A stretch of DNA of 32,000 nt from Polynucleobacter necessarius (lineage in GTDB: Bacteria; Pseudomonadota; Gammaproteobacteria; Burkholderiales; Burkholderiaceae), in contig NZ_LT606950.1 in NCBI RefSeq assembly GCF_900095195.1, positions 304,163 through 336,162 of the forward strand, given 5' to 3'. The notes beneath the pieces are model-generated. The model saw only the letters and a program-made list of their open reading frames with translations. It was not told where the DNA came from and made no database searches. Below are positions 28,393-32,000 of this stretch, one piece after another (within the stretch, counting starts at the first letter, position 1; each line of letters begins with the position of its first letter). Both the position numbers and the translations under genes were made by a program.

Positions 28393-30319
28393 GAGTAATT
28401 CGCTTTTTGAAACCCTTCAGCAGGATGTTAAACGGCTACCCGGATTGCCGGGGGTATATCGCTTTTTTGATGAAGCGGGAAATATTTTGTATGTGGGCAA
28501 AGCACGCAACCTTAAAAAGCGGGTATCCAGTTATTTTCAGAGTAAGCAACTATCGCCTCGAATCGCATTGATGGTGGGCAAAATTGCTCGTTATGAAATA
28601 ACAGTAACACGGACCGAAACGGAAGCCCTTATTCTAGAGAATAATCTCATTAAAGAGTTGGCGCCACCATTTAATATTCTTTTTCGTGATGACAAGTCCT
28701 ACCCTTATGTCATGCTCACCGGCCATGAATTTCCCCGCCTAGCCTCCTATCGTGGCAAGGTCGATAAACGAAACCAGTACTTTGGACCATTTCCGAATAG
28801 TTGGGCAGTGCGCAATAGCGTGCAGATATTACAAAAAGTCTTCCGCCTGAAAACATGCGAGGATTCCGTTTTTAAGAATCGTAGCCGTCCATGTTTGCTA
28901 CATCAGATTCATCGCTGTAGCGCACCTTGTGTGGGGCGATTAAGTGCCCAGCAGTACGGGCAAGACGTGGCGCAGGCTACGCGGTTTTTGCAAGGAGATC
29001 ACAGTCGCGTTCTCTCCGAACTGGAAAAGGAGATGCATGCGCATAGTGATGCTATGGAATTTGAAATGGCCGCAGTCTTGCGCGATCGAATTGCAGACTT
29101 GTCCAGCGTTTTACAACAGCAAGCGATGGATGTGGTTGCTGAAGGCGAAGGAGATGTCGATATTATTGCTGTCGCACAAATGGAGGGAATAGTTTGCGTT
29201 AACCTAGCCATGGTGCGTGGTGGACGACATTTTGGGGATCGAGCGTATTTTCCGAAAAGCTTACGCTCGGCCTCAGGTGAAATGCCTCCCCCCGCAGAAA
29301 TTTTGGAGGCGTTTATTGCGCAACATTACTTGGAGGATGTCGATGAAAAACATGACGCAAGTGGTGGTGTAAGTGCGGTTGTCATTCCACCAGTCTTAGT
29401 CCTCAATCACTCTCTGCGTTCCGTAAGTGATGATGTTAGTGAATCAATAGAAGAAACCCCTGAAGATCTGCGCGATTTATTGAATGCGCAAGCAGGTAGA
29501 AAAATCACTTTCTTACACCAACCTCAGGGGCAACGTCGTCATTGGCTTGTCATGGCCGAAGGAAATGCGAAGATCGCCTTAACTAAACGCATTGTAGAAA
29601 CTGGTGGGCAACTAGCCAGGGCGCGCGCCTTGGTGGATGTATTGGGCCTTGATCTGGAAGGGCTCGAGCATTTGCGCATTGAATGCTTTGATATTAGTCA
29701 TACATCGGGAGAGGCAACCCAAGCCTCCTGTGTTGTCTACGCCAAAAATGCGATGCAGTCTGGAGAATATCGGCGTTTTAATATCAATGACATTACGCCA
29801 GGCGATGACTATGCCGCTATGCGACAGGTACTGCAAAGACGCTATGCCAATTTTCAGGAGCTTCCCCAAGAAAAAATGCCACACGTTATTTTGATTGATG
29901 GTGGTAAGGGCCAAGTCGAGATGGCAAGACAAGTGCTATCAGCGTTTCGGATGGATATAAGCCTCATTGTTGGCGTAGCCAAAGGTGAGGGGCGTAAAGT
30001 AGGCTTAGAAACCTTAATTTTTGCGGATGGCCGTAAGTCTCTCGAGCTAGGTATTGATAGCGCGGCACTATTGCTGGTGGCACAAATTCGTGATGAGGCG
30101 CACCGTTTTGCGATTACGGGGATGCGTGCCAAGCGTGCGAAAGCCAGAACGGTATCGCGTTTGGAGGAGATTGAGGGTATCGGCGCAAAACGGCGACAAA
30201 AGTTATTGGCCCGCTTTGGCGGTCTTAAAGGAGTAGCCAACGCTACTGTGGAAGAGATTGCCAGTGTAGAGGGCGTATCACTTACATTGGCTGAACAAAT
30301 TTATCGCCAGCTTCACTAG
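28391..30319 (+). CDS. uvrC: excinuclease ABC subunit C
   Basis: ORF 28358-30319 begins at a TTG. The first ATG, at 28391, gives [49 protein letters not shown] (GIY-YIG). It has a UVR domain, an RNase H-like domain and a C-terminal (HhH)2. The start is uncertain (28358 or 28391). Confidence 0.93.
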   Translation: MSNSLFETLQQDVKRLPGLPGVYRFFDEAGNILYVGKARNLKKRVSSYFQSKQLSPRIALMVGKIARYEITVTRTETEALILENNLIKELAPPFNILFRDDKSYPYVMLTGHEFPRLASYRGKVDKRNQYFGPFPNSWAVRNSVQILQKVFRLKTCEDSVFKNRSRPCLLHQIHRCSAPCVGRLSAQQYGQDVAQATRFLQGDHSRVLSELEKEMHAHSDAMEFEMAAVLRDRIADLSSVLQQQAMDVVAEGEGDVDIIAVAQMEGIVCVNLAMVRGGRHFGDRAYFPKSLRSASGEMPPPAEILEAFIAQHYLEDVDEKHDASGGVSAVVIPPVLVLNHSLRSVSDDVSESIEETPEDLRDLLNAQAGRKITFLHQPQGQRRHWLVMAEGNAKIALTKRIVETGGQLARARALVDVLGLDLEGLEHLRIECFDISHTSGEATQASCVVYAKNAMQSGEYRRFNINDITPGDDYAAMRQVLQRRYANFQELPQEKMPHVILIDGGKGQVEMARQVLSAFRMDISLIVGVAKGEGRKVGLETLIFADGRKSLELGIDSAALLLVAQIRDEAHRFAITGMRAKRAKARTVSRLEEIEGIGAKRRQKLLARFGGLKGVANATVEEIASVEGVSLTLAEQIYRQLH

Positions 30320-30352
30320 TGTATTACTGACGATTTCGTTTATTCTTCATTC

Positions 30353-30928
30353 ATGCCATTTAATCTACCGATTGCACTGACCTGGTTGCGTGTTGCCGCA
30401 ATACCATTGCTGGTAGTGGTTTTTTATCTTCCTGCTGCTTGGTTTTCTCCGTTTGAAAAGAATGTCATCGCAGCCATCATTTTTGTTTCAGCAGCAATCA
30501 CCGATTGGTTGGATGGATTTTTAGCGCGCCGCTTAAAGCAGGAATCTGCCTTTGGCCAATTTTTAGATCCGGTTGCGGACAAATTAATCGTGGCTGCTGC
30601 ATTGCTTGTTCTGTTAAACATGGATCGTGTGCAGGTATGGGTTGCGCTAGTTATTATTGGTCGTGAGATTACGATCTCTGCCCTTAGAGAGTGGATGGCA
30701 TTGTTGGGTGCAGGTAAAAGTGTTGCGGTACATATGGTGGGCAAACTCAAAACCACCGCACAATTGGTGGCCATTCCATTTTTATTAATTCATGACACGT
30801 TATTTGGCCGGCTAGATTGCTCGAGAGTCGGCACTTGGTTGATTTGGGTGGCAGCGTTTTTGACGCTTTGGTCGATGTTTTATTACTTAAAAAAGGCCTT
30901 ACCGCAATTAGTCGGCAAAATCGACTAA
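30353..30928 (+). CDS. pgsA: CDP-diacylglycerol--glycerol-3-phosphate 3-phosphatidyltransferase
   Basis: 191-aa ORF with the CDP-alcohol phosphatidyltransferase motif DWLDGFLARRLKQESAFGQFLDPVADK. Confidence 0.95.
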   Translation: MPFNLPIALTWLRVAAIPLLVVVFYLPAAWFSPFEKNVIAAIIFVSAAITDWLDGFLARRLKQESAFGQFLDPVADKLIVAAALLVLLNMDRVQVWVALVIIGREITISALREWMALLGAGKSVAVHMVGKLKTTAQLVAIPFLLIHDTLFGRLDCSRVGTWLIWVAAFLTLWSMFYYLKKALPQLVGKID

Positions 30929-31043
30929 TTCGATTTATTTCCGTTCCGTAAGGCTCGCAGGGTGAGTTGATGGGTGAGAAAGTTCTGTTTCCTGCGGAAT
31001 AATGCTTTCTTTTCGATTGTTTGTTAAACTATCGCCCTGTTAC

Positions 31044-31119
31044 GCGGGAATAGCTCAGTTGGTAGAGCGCAACCTTGCCAAGGTTGAGGTCGCGAGTTCG
31101 AGCCTCGTTTCCCGCTCCA
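31044..31119 (+). tRNA. tRNA-Gly (GCC)
   Basis: 76-nt cloverleaf with acceptor stem GCGGGAA/TTCCCGC, anticodon loop TTGCCAA, T-arm GCGAGTTCGAGCCTCGT and an encoded CCA. Confidence 0.95.
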
Positions 31120-31124
31120 AATTC

Positions 31125-31152
31125 GATGGGAAGCCCTAAAAAGCTTCCCATC
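31125..31152 (+). other. perfect 10-bp hairpin in the tRNA-Gly/tRNA-Cys spacer (possible processing or termination signal)
   Basis: The stem is GATGGGAAGC (31125-31134) / GCTTCCCATC (31143-31152) with loop CCTAAAAA. Confidence 0.4.
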
Positions 31153-31167
31153 TTGGTTCTAGAGTTT

Positions 31168-31241
31168 GGCGCGTTGGCCGAGTGGTTAGGCAGGAGCCTG
31201 CAAAGCTTCGTACGGGGGTTCGATTCCCTCACGCGCCTCCA
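31168..31241 (+). tRNA. tRNA-Cys (GCA)
   Basis: 74-nt cloverleaf with acceptor stem GGCGCGT/ACGCGCC, anticodon loop CTGCAAA, a GGTTCGATTCC T-loop and an encoded CCA. Confidence 0.95.
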
Positions 31242-31276
31242 GTAATTTTGCTTGACGAAATAGGCCAAGACCTCAA

Positions 31277-31783
31277 ATGTTTTTTGAGCACACAAGCAAT
31301 GGACATTCATCCTTAATAGCAAAGATCACCAGTCACTCTCTTAAATTCGGCGCCCTTGTACTATCTCTAGCCGCTCTCTTGAGCGCATGCGTAAGCTCTA
31401 GCGATTCCCCAACAGGCACTCTACAAGAAGTGCAGAAGATTCAATCGCAACTGTTGGGCGATATGCCGTTACCAGCAGCTTCCAAAATTATTGGCGCGGA
31501 TTCTCTGATTATTGGTCGTGGTGACAATTGGGTCGGTCGAGTTGTGTTGTCTGGAGTTCAGTCGCCAATCGATATTTATGCATTCTTTCAATCGGAATAT
31601 CCACGCGCTGGTTGGACAACCGTCAGTTCCGTGAAAACAAAAACCAGTATTTTGGTTTTCACCAAGGGCGATCGTACTGCGACAGTGGAATTGAATGAAG
31701 GCTCGCTGACTGGACCCAAAACACTCATTACGATTACATCCTTACCTAAGAATGCAAACGTGGTTGCACCAAGCAAGAAGTAA
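31277..31783 (+). CDS. hypothetical lipoprotein
   Basis: 168-aa ORF with a signal peptide ending in the lipobox LLSAC (LVLSLAALLSAC|VSSS). I recognise no family. This is the only in-frame ATG. Confidence 0.65.
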   Translation: MFFEHTSNGHSSLIAKITSHSLKFGALVLSLAALLSACVSSSDSPTGTLQEVQKIQSQLLGDMPLPAASKIIGADSLIIGRGDNWVGRVVLSGVQSPIDIYAFFQSEYPRAGWTTVSSVKTKTSILVFTKGDRTATVELNEGSLTGPKTLITITSLPKNANVVAPSKK

Positions 31784-31806
31784 TTAAAAATATAAACACA
31801 CAAATC

Positions 31807-31832
31807 AAAAGGCCTCCAATTGGAGGCCTTTT
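31807..31832. terminator. bidirectional rho-independent terminator
   Basis: AAAAGGCCTCC-AATT-GGAGGCCTTTT is a perfect 11-bp stem including the A/T runs. It lies between convergent genes. Confidence 0.75.
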
Positions 31833-31860
31833 GATTTAATCGGCAAGTAATAGCTATGCG

Positions 31861-32000
31861 TTATAGTCTTTCAGCTCGAATTAAGCCAACCGCTTGCCCT
31901 TCAATTACAAAGTTTGGTTGACGTCTGTCAACCACAATATTTTTGAAATCTGGATTCTCTGCTTGTAGTTCCACGACTAAGCCATTGGCGGTTTTCTTTT
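31861..32000 (-). CDS. 3' end of an unidentified CDS (continues beyond the window)
   Basis: The - strand frame is open to the window edge: ...KKTANGLVVELQAENPDFKNIVVDRRQPNFVIEGQAVGLIRAERL*. The stop is at 31863-31861. The product is not recognised. Confidence 0.45.
   Translation of the reverse strand, partial: KKTANGLVVELQAENPDFKNIVVDRRQPNFVIEGQAVGLIRAERL

Noticed and set aside
31029-31322. A 97-aa - strand ORF spanning both tRNA genes.
   Set aside because: It overlaps two canonical tRNA cloverleaves and is a spurious ORF.
1-32000. A novel defence, toxin-antitoxin, secondary-metabolite or other accessory system.
   Set aside because: Every ORF longer than about 100 aa that is not a shadow frame is assigned to a well-known housekeeping family or to a pseudogene of one. 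The only unknowns are two small envelope proteins and an edge fragment. I see no GC or compositional island by eye.

Overview
This 32-kb window is core chromosome from a betaproteobacterium with Burkholderiales-type synteny. GC looks moderate, roughly mid-40s % by eye (not computed). Protein sequences and gene order suggest a Polynucleobacter-like organism, which I cannot confirm without a database search.

Almost everything is housekeeping:
- rluC / rne
- rpmF-plsX-fabH-fabD-fabG-acpP-fabF
- htrA-lepA-lepB-rnc-era-recO-(pdxJ)-acpS-nagZ
- efp-earP
- uvrC-pgsA-tRNA-Gly-tRNA-Cys

I see no mobile element, CRISPR array, defence island or unexplained multi-gene operon. I therefore do not claim a novel system.

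The unusual feature is genome erosion. Six genes are disrupted: a 2-hydroxyacid dehydrogenase, moeA, mobA, moaA, yceD and pdxJ. They carry frameshifts, a nonsense codon and deletions, and fabD has a frameshift four codons before its stop. The information-processing, lipid-synthesis and envelope genes between them are intact.

A reciprocal ~7.5-kb inversion (about 3750-11282) can be reconstructed to the nucleotide. It splits moaA and yceD, has no IS element or repeat at the junctions, and places rne directly upstream of, and co-directional with, rpmF-plsX-fab.

This pattern fits an obligate-symbiont lineage under relaxed selection. The alternative, homopolymer sequencing errors, could explain some frameshifts. 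It cannot explain the inversion, the deletions or the nonsense codon.
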